Source of the DNA: Veleropilina oligotropha | Lineage: Eukaryota | Direction: 5' to 3' | Assembly: GCA_048128005.1 (NCBI GenBank) | Contig: JBEUKZ010000109.1 | Coordinates: forward strand, 1-64,000 | Length of the DNA: 64,000 nucleotides | Shown here: piece after piece, positions 1-13,046 of the stretch | Layout: every line of letters begins with the position of its first letter | How positions within the stretch are numbered: position 1 is the first letter of the stretch | Notes under the pieces: model-generated | The model's input: the letters and a program-made list of their open reading frames with translations, nothing else | Told to the model about the DNA's origin: nothing | Databases searched by the model: none | Made by a program: the position numbers and the translations under genes

Positions 1-137
1 CAACGCAGAGTACTGTATAATACACTCACTGTCCGCAACACATCGATCAAGAGAAACATGAAATTAAATAAACACGAATATAATTAGCGATCTAATCCCA
101 TAAGTAAGCTATAAGTAAATAAGCTATAAGTAAATAT

Positions 138-467
138 GCCGTCGTGGCTCAGTGGGTTGTTCACAGGACTCTGGTCACAGAGTCTCGAGTTCGCCCCCAA
201 AGCTCGACGATTTCACTTGGGCAAGGAAATAAGCATATATTTGCCTCGGTCCACCCAGCCGATCTGAATGGGTACCTGGTTGGCAGTTATGTAAGTCACG
301 GCGCTACCCGCGTGTAAATGACTGTAATGCTCCCAGAGGGAGTTGAGATGGTACATCGAGTGGAACAGGCCCATAACCAGGGGTAATAATGTTCAGCGCA
401 TTGAGACACTAGCGTAATAATGCGCTATATAAGACCGGAGTATTATTATTATTATTATTATTATTAT
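138..467 (+). mobile_element. tRNA-derived SINE with conserved central body and (TAT)n tail
   Basis: Pol III A-box TGGCTCAGTGG (145-155) and B-box-like GAGTTCGCCCC (~187-197); CORE-like CACTTGGGCAAGG...CCACCCAG...AATGGGTACC; L2-like 3' end CAGCGCATTGAG...TGCGCTATATAAG followed by (TAT)n at 441-467. A related head occurs on the minus strand at ~49825-49940. Confidence 0.8.
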
Positions 468-1615
468 AATCAAAGGCATTGTAATCGCGAGACGAGATTG
501 TATGGGCATTGAATATCAAGGTTTCTGTAGGAACTAAATTATAGTAACATTATGAATAATGTATAATTGCTCTGCTAATCAAATGCACACGTACAATCCT
601 GGATCACAATCTAAATCCTTTGAAAGAAAATTGAATCTCCAACCAGAGACGTCGCAATTGTAGAAGAAAAACCCAATGACAATATGCTATATCGATTATG
701 CGTAAATGGAGAGTACAGAAAATAATTACTCATTCAATTTTGGGTGGACCTTCATATATATATATACAAATAAATTAATTGAACTCGTTCAGTGTAGATA
801 TTTTCATCAACATCCGTTCATCGACTTGTCCAAAACGGTGAGAATGTATTATGACTATTCAATGATCAATGGGAAGAGAAGCTTGCAGATATGTATATAT
901 TGACCACATTTCACTCACATATATATACTAGTATATATATATATGTACATATACCGTCAAGATGGTGGTGATATACCTAATACGATGAACGGTGATAAGA
1001 AGAGTTTAAATAAACGAAAGTTTCGGCGCTATTCATGTACGAAGTATATACATAACATAACAATAACATAATTTATGGTGTACGTATACTATCACAAATC
1101 GATGTGTTGTGAAGACTTCAAACGACAATGAGTGCCGTTGGTTACTTAATATATCGTTAATGTTTCTCTGTTAAATAATCGGGGAGCATAATTATAATCA
1201 TGACTGTGCTCACTCGAGGAATGGAAAACAACAACATGAATTGTTTTATGCCAACCAGAAGCACGCTGTGTCGTCCAGCTAAGAATTTATCAACGTCTCA
1301 GCGACAGAAAGATCACTTCACTCTGATGGTATCGTGATGGAGCATACAAGTATTACACCTAGTCTAGAGGATGACACTCGAATGATGAGATATGCTTTAG
1401 GGCGATGGGGACTGATGAATACGGGTTATTTATCGAGAGATAGAATAATTCTGAAAACCCCCAGCATAGCATGATTTAAGATTACTTCGACAGCATAAAT
1501 GATTTATAAATAACAATGTATGGTGTGGAATATATTCCTAAGACTCTAAGAACGGCTGATCCACAACGTTAATATAATTGCGTACAGTTATACCAATATG
1601 GTCTGTTTACTTGAA

Positions 1616-2503
1616 TTTATCACATATCTAGGTCATTATCCCATAGTGCAACACCGTGTATTATTCGTGGTAATCAACGTGTGTCTACTCTATATCCAAA
1701 TGCGATTGGATGAATTAATGAATGAAATTAGAACAGCCAATAGAAATGCGTGTCACTAAAGGTCGAGCGGACTTCTTGTTTTTACTACGTTTTGTTTAAT
1801 GAGATTGCCGCCAATATTTGTAATGTTGACAACATGGCGGTGATAGTGGAAACATTTATAGCAACGGCCACAAAACAACAACATGTTAGAGATTATTGGA
1901 ACTGATTTTGAGGCAACGAGATTGCGGACGCGACAATCACATATATATATATGCAGGACCCGAGGTACGTATACATAGCTTCTCCGCGATAGCAGACATC
2001 AATGACAGATTCTAACCGGTCAGCGACACATATCCCGCGTTACTGTTTTTGGCAGATAGTTTTAAATCCTAATGAAAATTGTTATTCTAATATGTTCATA
2101 TAGTTTATATAAAGTTATATCGGTTCATTTTCAAAGAATATTTATTAGTGAACTTAATTAATCTACTACTTTCGCACTCTTTTCAGACCGCATTTTTACT
2201 AATTTATGTAATGAGTAAAAACGATGTCCTTTTTGCATTAAACTGTTTACATATCACTACGCCGTAATGTCGCTGATTCTTCGTACCGGTGAGGCAATTT
2301 CGTGAGTTTGTAGTTTGTTTCTTACCGAAGAGCGATATGTGATAAACAGAACCTCACACTCGTGGTAATGTAATATCACATTTATGAAACTCGTTTAACT
2401 AATTTTCATATTTTCCTCGGCAAGCCTCGGAAAATATGAAAATTAGTTAAACTCGTTTCATAAATGTGATATTACATTACCACTCATATGAGATCCTCTA
2501 TAT
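1616..2503. mobile_element. Non-autonomous fold-back element, Crypton-like architecture
   Basis: 13-bp inverted repeat TTTATCACATATC (1616-1628) / GATATGTGATAAA (2334-2346), then a ~140-bp hairpin (2353-2492) ending ATCCTCTATAT. Same layout as the YR-coding element at 28657-31434. Confidence 0.65.
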
Positions 2504-2949
2504 CTCACTTGTTCTAACATTTTTTTGAAATCCATCAAGAGTGCGTCCATTTCTTATAATTAATTATCACGTGTAATAAATGTTGCAGTAGTACTCTAAT
2601 TCTAATATGGAATATACGCTCTTGGTTACTCGCACCCTCTTACTTAGCGACAACACTCGTGTTAACACAACATATAATTATGATTAGTTTCGATATACAC
2701 TATTGACGCTGTTTATTGATATGTACACAGCGTAGCGGAGAATCGACGGAAGTGAAGGCAGGGGTCTCGTAAAGCTGGGGACACACTAGGCGATTTTTAT
2801 TTTGTCGACAACTATTTTTTTACGCCGCCGATTTTCGTCCGGCAGTGAGTTCAACGATTGAGTGGACACACTTGCCGTATATAACAGTACGACAGCGACG
2901 TCTCCTCTTGTCATGTGACACCTTTTTACTCTTGTCATGTGATCATAAA

Positions 2950-5645
2950 ATGGCGGCCAGCAAGTCGAAGTACAGGAAGAAAATTGCAGCAGTAGCAGCA
3001 ATTTACTTGCTTTTAGCTAGAAGGAGACGGAGGCGAATTAGGTGGGAAAGGCGTAGGTGGTGGTGCCGCGACTGGATACTGCGTCGGGAAAAATGTGGGG
3101 TATATACAACACTTCTTCGTGAATTGGAAGCCGAAGATCAAGGAGGATACCGAGCATACATGCGGATGACACCAGCAAATTTCTACGAGCTTCTACGGTT
3201 AATTGGTCCCCAGATTCAAAAGATGGACACACGGTGCAGACTGTCAATTAGTCCAGAACAAAGGCTGGCCATTACACTACGCTTTTTGGCAACAGGTTGG
3301 TTGAAGTTATTCATTATTTGGAAGCCCCAGGTTTATTCTCCCCACTTACTATTATTTATATAATTAATTAGTTAGGCCTATAATAATATAGGCTAACACT
3401 ACTATAACTATGTATACTAAAGTGCAGTGCAATAGGCCTATGTACAGTCTGTTTGTTGAGCAATTATTAATTGATCGAACCAAGAAGTCTAAATCAATCT
3501 TGTCTTTAGAATAGAAGAAATAATTAATATATACTGTTTACCTTTCTGTTGATAAGGACATTTTGTCTCCACAAAGACCACAACACATGTTCTCAGGTGT
3601 TTTACTTCCAGCAAGTTTGGGCACCAAAATAAGGAAGAATTATGTGCAGTCATTTTAATTTATACCATAAATGAATATAATGACCTTTCATGATTTTCAA
3701 GCAAATGCATTTTTATCAACAGCAAGGTAAAAAATATGACATTTCATTCAAAACCATAGTATGCCTACATCTAATCTCAATATTGATTTTCCACTTCCTA
3801 GAACTGTCCTGTGGTAATGGTACATGTAATTATATTTTTAGGAGAATCCTTCCACAGTTTACACTTTAGCTACAGAGTTGGACGGAGCACCGTGTCGAGC
3901 ATTGTCAAGGAAACTGCAAGGGTCATATACAACACACTGAAGGAAAATTATCTAAAGGTAAAATAAACTTTATTAAACTTAAATTTAAACTTAAAATTAC
4001 ACTTCAATTTAAATGACTTACATGTATACAGGTAACTTATAACTCAAAATTAGTTGGTCTATATACTCTGACTTCTGTTAAAGAGGACATTTTACTTTAC
4101 AGTACAGAAAGAAACAACAAAACAGTATAAAAATGATATGAGCATATAAATGTTGAAAATGCTTTCATACTAGGCCTATATGCAAGTTCTAAACTAAAAA
4201 CATCCAGGCATATTTATGGATGGCCGAAAAAAGCGTTGGTGGGCGATTGGTCTTGTTGGGTACATGTACCCAATTCCTGAAGTAGGCTTCCAGGATGCTG
4301 CCCGAGCTGCTGATTATATCCATGATTTTGAAAATTATGGTGGGTTTGCTGGTTGAACTGAGGTGCCACTGGTTGTACTGGCTGGGTCAAAATACCTTGC
4401 TCTGCATCAAATATTAGATTATTGATTTTATGGCGGAGAACACTAAAGGTTTTTGCATCAAATTTATGAAATGACTTATCTAGATACTGACAGAATGCCT
4501 GAACCTCAGTGATAGGAGGGTCATCCTGGCTTTCTGTTGATCCCATCACAAACTTTGTCAGACCATCCAGAAGGACCATTTCCTTTTCCTCTCGTTGTTT
4601 CTTGGCTTTTATAACTGAAACCTTCTCATTTAATGGCCTTTTTGTTGACCTTGGAACTGTTGTGTCAGTGTCAGGTGGGACATCATAATTCCTGGAATTT
4701 GACCGAGATGGTGGTGTTGGACAAATACTACTAGTATTGCTTTCATCCTCACTAGCTTCGCCATTCTCCGACTCTCTGTCTCCACAATCATCATGCATTT
4801 CATCAACATCTGTTAGCTAAAAAGATAAATATTTCGTTTTTAAATTTCAGATGCCTGATAAGAAGGAAGAGTGGATGGAAGTGGCAGAAGGTTTTCAGGA
4901 GAAATGGAATTATCCCTTTTCTTTAGGGGCGCTCGATGGCAAACACGTCAAAATTAAAAGTCCAGAGTGTAGTGGGTCTATGTACTTCAACTATAAACAT
5001 TACTTCAGCATAGTCCTCTTGGCGCTTGTCGACCCCAATTATAAATTTTTGTATGTTGATGTAGGCTCTGCAGGGAGAAATGGAGATGCTGGAATATTTG
5101 CTGATAGTTCATTAAAGGGGTCCATGGACCGTGGTTTATTGAACTTTCCATAGCCAGATGTCCTGCCAGGAACTGAGGATACCTGCAGTTACCACATAGT
5201 TGGAGACGCTGCTTTTGGTCTGTCAAAAAATCTAATGAAACCGTACTCTCATAGGAATCTCGAGAAAGATGTAAGAATATATAACTACAGGTGCAGTCGA
5301 GCACGCAGATGTGTCGAGAACGCCTTTGGCATTCTGTGCAGCAGGTTTAGGTTATTCCTTACCCAGATAGAACTAGAACCAAATTTTGTTGAAGATCTAA
5401 TTCTAGCATCTTGTTGTCTCCATAATTTTCTAATTTGTAAACAGGCATCACAATATATCTGTAACCTTGTTGATGAAAATGGGGAAATGAGGGCCAATCC
5501 AGGGTTAGCTCTGGGTAGACTGCAATTAGGTCACTATAGGAATGCACCGGTGGGAGCAAAAGCACAAAGAGAAGCTTTGAAGAGGTATTTTCTTGGTACA
5601 GGTGCAGTGTCATGGCAAGATAAAATGATTGGAGGACCAAACTAG
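2950..5645 (+). pseudogene. Harbinger transposase, 3 exons, one in-frame TAG
   Basis: GT-AG exons 2950-3295, 3842-3957 and 4851-5645 join in frame (419 codons). Motifs: LAITLRFLATG, RVGRSTVS, GALDGKHV, YFNYK, VGDAAF, YNYRCSRARRCVENAFG, LHNF. Single TAG at 5151-5153. Confidence 0.9.
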
Positions 5646-6456
5646 GATGTCTCACATGTAATCGGACTGTGACATGTAAATGACAATAGGATATATCACA
5701 TATATTCCAACTAGAATGTGTCATATTATGTAGGCACTACTACATGTAAGGCTACTATTATCTGATTAAACTGATTATGTTATAAAACAAAATTACTTTA
5801 GAATGAATGGTTTTTGAGATATTGTGTATTTACCTGAAGGTTGGAGGATGTTTGTCTGGATCCCATATGGGTTGCTAAGAATGACAAATTATCAATTATC
5901 CATTTGTTCTTGGATGTCTTGGATCGTGCAGCACTTCCACTTGGTAAAGGTTTAATCAATTTACCATACTGGGTTCTGAGACTTTTCATCCTTGTAGAAA
6001 CCTGATCAGCTGTGAAGGAAATTAAGCAGACATTAGGAAGGAAATAAAAAACACTGTCATCACACTTGGGGTGTATTTAATCAATCAATATATACCGTTG
6101 TCCGTGTAACGGAATTCGAGATGTTGGTATCAAAATATATATTTTATATGTGTATCTCAAAACGACTAAACTTGATAATACTTGTAGCCGTTTGTGTATT
6201 AATAATGTAATGCGAATGATTCATGATATATGTAGAAATGTATAACAATGTCTACGAAGATTTCTGAAGAAGATATATTACCAGTCATTTCCACTTTCTG
6301 TCCAATTTCTTTTAAGGCTAGTTCCTTGGCCACCCTATCTCTATATTCTTTCGATTTCACATCGTACAGACAAGGATGTTGTGACCAAAGGACGGCCAAT
6401 TCGTCTTCTTTTTCCGAGCTCCAAACTGCAGTAGCTGTTTCGGTGGAGGCTGCCAT
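4214..6456 (-). CDS. Harbinger accessory Myb/SANT-like (MADF) protein with C-terminal BESS-like motif, 3 exons
   Basis: Exons 6456-6282, 6009-5834 and 4816-4214 join in frame (317 aa). MADF: WSSEKEDELAVLWSQHPCLYD...RMKSLRTQYGK...W...LSFL. BESS-like: VQAFCQYLDKSFHKF...LRHKINNLIF. Confidence 0.85.
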
Positions 6457-7013
6457 GTTGAAATCATGTGACTTGTAGGCGTACAGTGATTGGCTGCTGT
6501 CAATATACGCATCCGATCTGCTGTATCTGCTGTCGCCGAGGTGGGCACACTGGCCGATCTCTACGCCACCGATAAAAATCCGGCCGAAATTGATCGCCAA
6601 TATTCAGCATGTTGAATACGGCCGATTGGTCGGGCGTACGTGTTCGCTAGCAAAGTTTGGCGTCGCACAATCAGACACACTACACGATTCCGCAAGCGAA
6701 AATGGATCGGGCGTACAAAATCGCCTAGTGTGTCCCCGGCTTAAGAGTGTTAAGCAAAGTATTATATTTATATATTATACGCAATCCTCCATGTAGTCAT
6801 ACACATTACATTATCTCGACATATTATTAATGGACAAATATAATGAATTTGTCTGTTTTAAAAAGAATCACTAACAACTCGCGTATACATACGCTGTATA
6901 TTTGCATTCACAAATGACGACTTTGCATTTCAATGTAATATTATAATAATGTATATTCAATATGCGAGGGTTAACTTATATAGCATTGAACTTACGCAGA
7001 AGCTGATACAAGG

Positions 7014-7016
<3 letters not shown>

Positions 7017-7105
<89 letters not shown>

Positions 7106-7558
7106 ATATATATATATTATATATATATATTATATATATATATTATATATATATATTATATATATATTATATATATATATTATATATATATATTATATAT
7201 ATATATTATATATATATATTATATATATATATATTATATATATATATTATATATATATATTATATATATATATATATTATATATATATATTATATATATA
7301 TATATATTATATATATATATATATTATATATATATATATATTATATATATATATATATTATATATATATATATTATATTATATATATATATTATATTATA
7401 TAAATATTATATATATATATATATTATATATATATATATATTATATATATATATATTATATTATATATATATATTATATTATATAAATATTATATATATA
7501 TATATATTATATATATATATATTATATATATATATATTATATATATATATATTATATA

Positions 7559-7619
<61 letters not shown>

Positions 7620-7984
7620 ATTATATATATATATATTATATATATATATTATATATATATATTATATATATATATTATATATACATATTATATATATATA
7701 TTATATATATATATATATTATATATATATATTATATATATATATATATATTATATATATATATTATATATATATATTATATATATATATATTATATATAT
7801 ATATATATTATATATATATATATATTATATATATATATATATTATATATATATATATATATTATATATATATATATATTATATATATATATATATTATAT
7901 ATATATATATTATATTATATATATATATTATATTATATAAATATTATATATATATATATATGTATATATGTATATATATATATA
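7017..7984. repeat. ~1 kb interrupted (TA)n microsatellite
   Basis: Nearly pure TA with periodic extra T. Confidence 0.98.
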
Positions 7985-8787
7985 CTGTAAATCATAATAT
8001 TTTCGCGTCATTAAAATTTAGCGAATTCGTCACAAGGGACCAATTAGCGACATGTAATTTTAGCGAAAATAGAATTTCGGAAAATGTATTATTAGCGAGT
8101 TTGACAACAATGACAATTCTATTCAATTAACTTTTCCTAATGCTCCGTATGGCTGTTAATTATCTGATTGTTAACCATTGTTATTACAACCACATTTTGC
8201 AAAGGATGACTATTAGCAGGATGACTAGTACCCAAGTAGGTTGCAAGTTCATTGTACAAATCGCAATCGGATTAATATAATGACGATGGTGTCGTCACGT
8301 GGGTGTAACATGTGAATTGGTACTTCAATTAATACAATTAGTATGATTACAAGTGCATTTGTTAAGTTTATTCAATAATTGTTACTTATTAAATTGCTAA
8401 CGTGTTGCTATCTATGCATAATAGACTGTTACTTGCCAGTAGCGATAAAGCACATCGTCAATTGACATTAAAATGGACACTCTTGTTCTTATCAAGGGAG
8501 ATCATTTACAGTGAAATACTAGTGGAACTTGCGCGAAAACGAGGTTCCATGCAATACTGTTGAATAAACGTTATCTGTTGAACAGGAACTAAAGCAAAGA
8601 CGTTGATACGCTCGTTTGTTTCCGCCGTTCTATGCTGTACGATTCCCAATATTAAAGTTAATTTCATATATGCATACAATAGTCAGAATTAACCTTTACT
8701 ATGGTGTTATAAGCGAATAAAATCATTCAATAAAATGATAAATAATGAATATGTTTCGGTTACTGAATTTCACTTTTGGCGAGACTA

Positions 8788-8850
8788 ATGTATATATATA
8801 TATATGTGTATATATATATATATGTGTATATATATATATATATGTGTATA

Positions 8851-8909
<59 letters not shown>

Positions 8910-8979
8910 GTATGTATATATATATGTATGTATATATATATATGTATGTATATATGTATATATATGTATATATATGTAT
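8788..8979. repeat. (TA/TG)n microsatellite
   Basis: TA dinucleotide run with scattered TG. Confidence 0.95.
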
Positions 8980-9146
8980 TTGTGCAATATCTCACAATGA
9001 AGAAGAAGGCAGTTAAGTGCTATATATTTATTATAACACTATGAGCAAAAAACATATATACAATAAAATAATATTTCTTTGGAGTATTTGGGGACAGCTC
9101 GGCATACAATAAACTAAAAACAATTTTTTACCATTTAAAATAATAA

Positions 9147-9590
9147 TCATTAAGCCACCTCACCAATGAGGCATCGTAAGTTGCCAACGGTATCGTAAGA
9201 TACTGACACTGGTCGAAGGCTTAATGAAAAACAATCGATAATTATAATAACCAGTGAGGCATCGTAAGTTGCCTTGGTATCGTAAGTTACCAGACACTAG
9301 TTAAAAGCGCAGCGAAAAATTAACATCATTAGACCACATCATCAGTGAGGCATCGTAAGTTGCCAGCGGTATCGTAAGATACTGACACTGGTCAATGGCC
9401 TAATGACAGAATGATAATAATAATAACCAGTGAGGCATCGTAAGTTGCCTTGGTATCGTGAGTTACCAGACACTTATAATTATAATATCCAGTTAGGCAT
9501 CGTAATTTGCCAAGGTATCGTAAGTTACCAGACGCTGGTTAAATGCGCATCAAAGCGGAGTAAGTGAGGCATCGAGATTTACCAGCACTG
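9147..9590. repeat. Array of three-way-junction hairpin units CCAGTGA-GGCATCGTAAGTTGCC-x-GGTATCGTAAG(A/T)TAC-GACACTGG
   Basis: Units at 9163-9212, 9251-9300, 9342-9391, 9427-9475, 9489-9538 and a partial one at 9563-9590, separated by AT-rich spacers. Confidence 0.9.
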
Positions 9591-10161
9591 CAAATAAATT
9601 AAGAGACCTTTAAGAATTGTTAATGATATTGAACAATTATATAAAATTGACAAGCTAGGTAATCAGACACTGATAAATTTAGTAATTACCGTAAAATAGA
9701 ATGTAAATAGAGATTACTTTTCGCATTGGGAGAAGTAAATAGCCCGCATTGGGAGAAGTAAATAGCCTAAAGATTACTGAACGCGTAAGGAGAAGTACAT
9801 AGCCGAGCTGTCCCATAGTTATGAACTAGTACAAAGTATATCAGAAATTGCAAACGAGGTGCATACAAATATGATACGTCATAAATAGACAGACGGTAGA
9901 AAATACAATTCAACAATTAAATCAAATAAGTGTTAAAAGTAAAGGAATATGGTGGTGAAAGGGGATGGTGGCGGGATTGCGACTTAAGCCGGCCTCACAC
10001 GCTGCGATTTCCTACGATACGATGCGATTCCCTGCGATACGACAAGCGATAAGAAATCGTAGATAATCGCAGCGCATATATTCGCTACATCACACAGCAC
10101 GATTTGCTACGATTTTTCAAGAACTTGAAGGTTTGTGGTGGTAGGATTACAAACAACAGAT

Positions 10162-13046
10162 ATGTCGTCCGTTCATGTCTCTCCTCTTTTATTACAAAAT
10201 GAGGAGAGTGATGATAGTGACTTGGAAAAGTTGGCTCTTGGTATGGTTTTGATTCTGCAGAGAAGAAGGAAACGCCAGGAAAGGAAGAAGATTAACAGGT
10301 TATGGATAAGACCTTGGCTGACGCGACGGCAGAGTTACGGAGCGTATGAAAATCTCATGAAAGAGATGGAAAATGAAGACATTCAAGGATATATTTCTTT
10401 CCAGAGGATGCACCCAGATATTTCCCAAGAGTTGCTTCACAAGGTGTCTCCTTTGATAACTAGAAAGGACACTACTATGAGGCTTGCCATACCTCCTGGT
10501 CTGCGACTAGCTCTTACACTTCGTTATATGGCAACAGTTAATATTAATTTATGTTGATAATAATATGTTACCGAAAGCATCAGCCGTTTGAGATTGCTGT
10601 TCAATGTTCATTGGTTAGGTAATATACGCAAATTGCAAATATCGTGGATGGATCACGCGCATTCCTGCATTACATACGGTATTCATATTCAAATTAGGTA
10701 TTTTAAAAATAGATCTACAATTAAATGACAACTACATTTATTATGATCGTCCCGGTGGCCGAGTAGTTAAGAGCTTGCTCCTAATTCATTTGTACCGACT
10801 GCTCAGACGTTGATGTGGGATCGAGACTGTGCGACGATCAGTAACTGACCAAGGTTTGTGGCTTTCCTCCCACGATAATATGGACATATCACAATATGAC
10901 CATAGATCTTAATGGGACAATAAACACTACTTTAGTCAAACGAACAATTAATTGTTCAAGTTAATAACATTATGTTCACTTTGATTTTGTTTCAGGACAA
11001 ACATATATGAGCCAGCAATTTCAGTTTCGAGTTGCGGCCAACACTATTGGCAAGATTGTACCAGACACATCTGAAATAAAGTTTCATAAAAAGAAGATAT
11101 ATACAGATAACATCAATCATAAACCCAAAACAACACAAGACTTAAAACGTACTGAGCAAGGTTAAGGTATGCTCTAGTAGTGTCACTCACAGACGCAGCA
11201 TTGTTCTGCTGACCCACATTGGTGACTGTACTACTGCTGTTTGGTTGGGTATTATACATTCCGAACGTGCTTGGAGTGTAAGTGTAGTCAACTGGCGTGA
11301 ACCTTTGTGGCATGTTTGTTTGAGGTGTATTACACCTTTGCTGCTGTGTTGCAATTTCTTCCACATCTGTCTCAGCACACTCTTCCATGATCGATTTGAA
11401 GATAATATGCTGAATTTCATTTTGAGCTATCAGTCGTCTTCGACTTTTCAGATTTCTAAGTTGGCATGCAACATGCTCAATGAAAACCTGAATGTCATCT
11501 CTCTGGGTTGATGTTTGCACATGCGCTTTCAACGGACGATTTGATTTTTCATTCAGAGATTGGGTTAACTGCAATTAGAGAGCACAAATATGTATTAATA
11601 CAAGGTGCCCCTCTTCACATTGAATATATGCAAGCATACATAAAGAAACACATTTACTCTGAACATATTTCTTTCTTATTTAGAATTATACTGTATAATG
11701 AGACACAATTAAAATGAAGCAGAATTCTTGTGCCTTACGCATGTAATATTATGCATTATACAAATCATAAATGAGTGCTTCGAATTGGTTACTTTTACAA
11801 GCATTTCTTACTGCCTTGAGAACGTTCATTTCCTGTTCCTCTGCAAGGGCTGCTTTTGTTTTCGTCGATTTCTTCGTACTTGCACCCGCCCTTGGGGGTA
11901 GTGGCTTTTTAGTTGACACTGGCGATGACGTACATCTGCGTTGCCCATCATGGTCGGCTGCAATGGCATTGGGTGCGTTATCATATGCTGTGTCATCATT
12001 TTGTTCATCGTTAAGTGCTGTCAATGATATGCCAGATGGTGTTAAATCCATTTCATCGTCATCATCTTCTTTATTATTGCTGTCCCATACTGCAAGTCCA
12101 TCCTCATCCTCTTGGACATCACATTCATCACCAGAGTCCTACAAATGTACAATGCACACATCTAGTTTATACTTCTGTCTTATTGTATTTGTTCAATTGA
12201 ACTGTCTGTTTTGGTATTAAATACATTTATTATTGGTTTCAGTGCCCCCAAACTACCGAGGAGTGGATGACTGTTGCTGAATCATTTCAGACAAAGTGGC
12301 AGTTTCCAAATTGTATTGGAGCAGTAGATGGCAAACACGTGCTAATCAGACCACCAGCAAAATCAGGGTCCGTGTTCTTCAATTACAAACACTCATTCTC
12401 TGTGGTTTTGATGGGTGTAGTTGATGCGAACTACAAATTTCTATATGTCGACATTGGCACTAATGGAAGAGTCTCCGACGGCGGCGTATTTGCTGCAACA
12501 AATCTGTATTCGGCCCTGGAAGGGGGAAAGATTAATGTGCCACCACCGAAATGTCTTCCAGGCGATAATACACCAATGCCGTTCACACTAGTAGCTGATG
12601 ATGCATTTGCTTTACGCTCTTACATTATGAAACCATTTCCATTTCGTCAGATGTCCAAGGACCAGCGCATTTTTAATTACAGATTGTCTAGGGCCAGGCG
12701 TGTCGTGGAAAATGCTTTTGGAATCCTTGCAAACAGATTTCGTGTTCTATTGCAGCCAATGTTAATAAAGCCAGCGAATGTGGAGAAAGTGGTCTTAGCA
12801 GCATGTGCTTTGCATAACATGCTGCGAGACAGAGCCCCTGGAAGCTTCAACCACGTACTAGATCAAGAAGATGAGGACACACACCATGTAATACCAGGCC
12901 ACTGGCGCAAAGAGTCAACTATGCAGGCCATACATATCATGAGGGGGAATAATTCCACCAACAGTGCCAAGGCACAACGTAATTATCTCAGTGAGTACTT
13001 CCTTGGCCCAGCTAGTGCTGTGCCATGGCAGGACAGAATGGTGTAA
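10162..13046 (+). pseudogene. Harbinger transposase, 3 exons, damaged
   Basis: Exon 1 10162-10537 (LALTLRYMAT) lacks a phase-1 GT donor. Exon 2 from 10996 (GQTYMSQQFQFRVAANTIGKIVPDT) is truncated near 11070. Exon 3 12243-13046 is intact (GAVDGKHV, VADDAF, SRARRVVENAFG, LHN). Confidence 0.88.
10749..10930 (+). mobile_element. Degenerate tRNA-derived SINE in transposase intron 1
   Basis: A-box TGGCCGAGTAG, body GGCTTTCCTCCCAC...AATATGGACAT, tail ATGACCATAG...GGGACAATAAACAC. A related piece lies at ~55540-55660. Confidence 0.65.

Larger units (their letters stand above)
2773..6741. mobile_element. PIF/Harbinger DNA transposon (copy 1)
   Basis: 25-bp TIRs AGC(T/C)GGGGACACACTAGGCGATTTT with 1 mismatch; TAA target duplication at 2770-2772 and 6742-6744; encodes a DDE_Tnp_4-type transposase and a MADF protein. 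Confidence 0.95.

Noticed and set aside
138..215. Functional tRNA gene
   Set aside because: No complete cloverleaf; the sequence continues into a SINE body and tail.
6949..8130. 393-aa Ile/Tyr ORF, and similar ORFs at 8723-9044
   Set aside because: Translations of TA microsatellites, not genes.
9147..9590. CRISPR array interpretation of the repeat-spacer pattern
   Set aside because: Eukaryotic context, no cas genes, degenerate ~50-nt repeats, and spacers that are irregular and partly duplicated.
2950..13046. Host HARBI1/ALP1 or NAIF1-like domesticated genes
   Set aside because: Both gene pairs lie between TIRs with target duplications, and the transposases are damaged.
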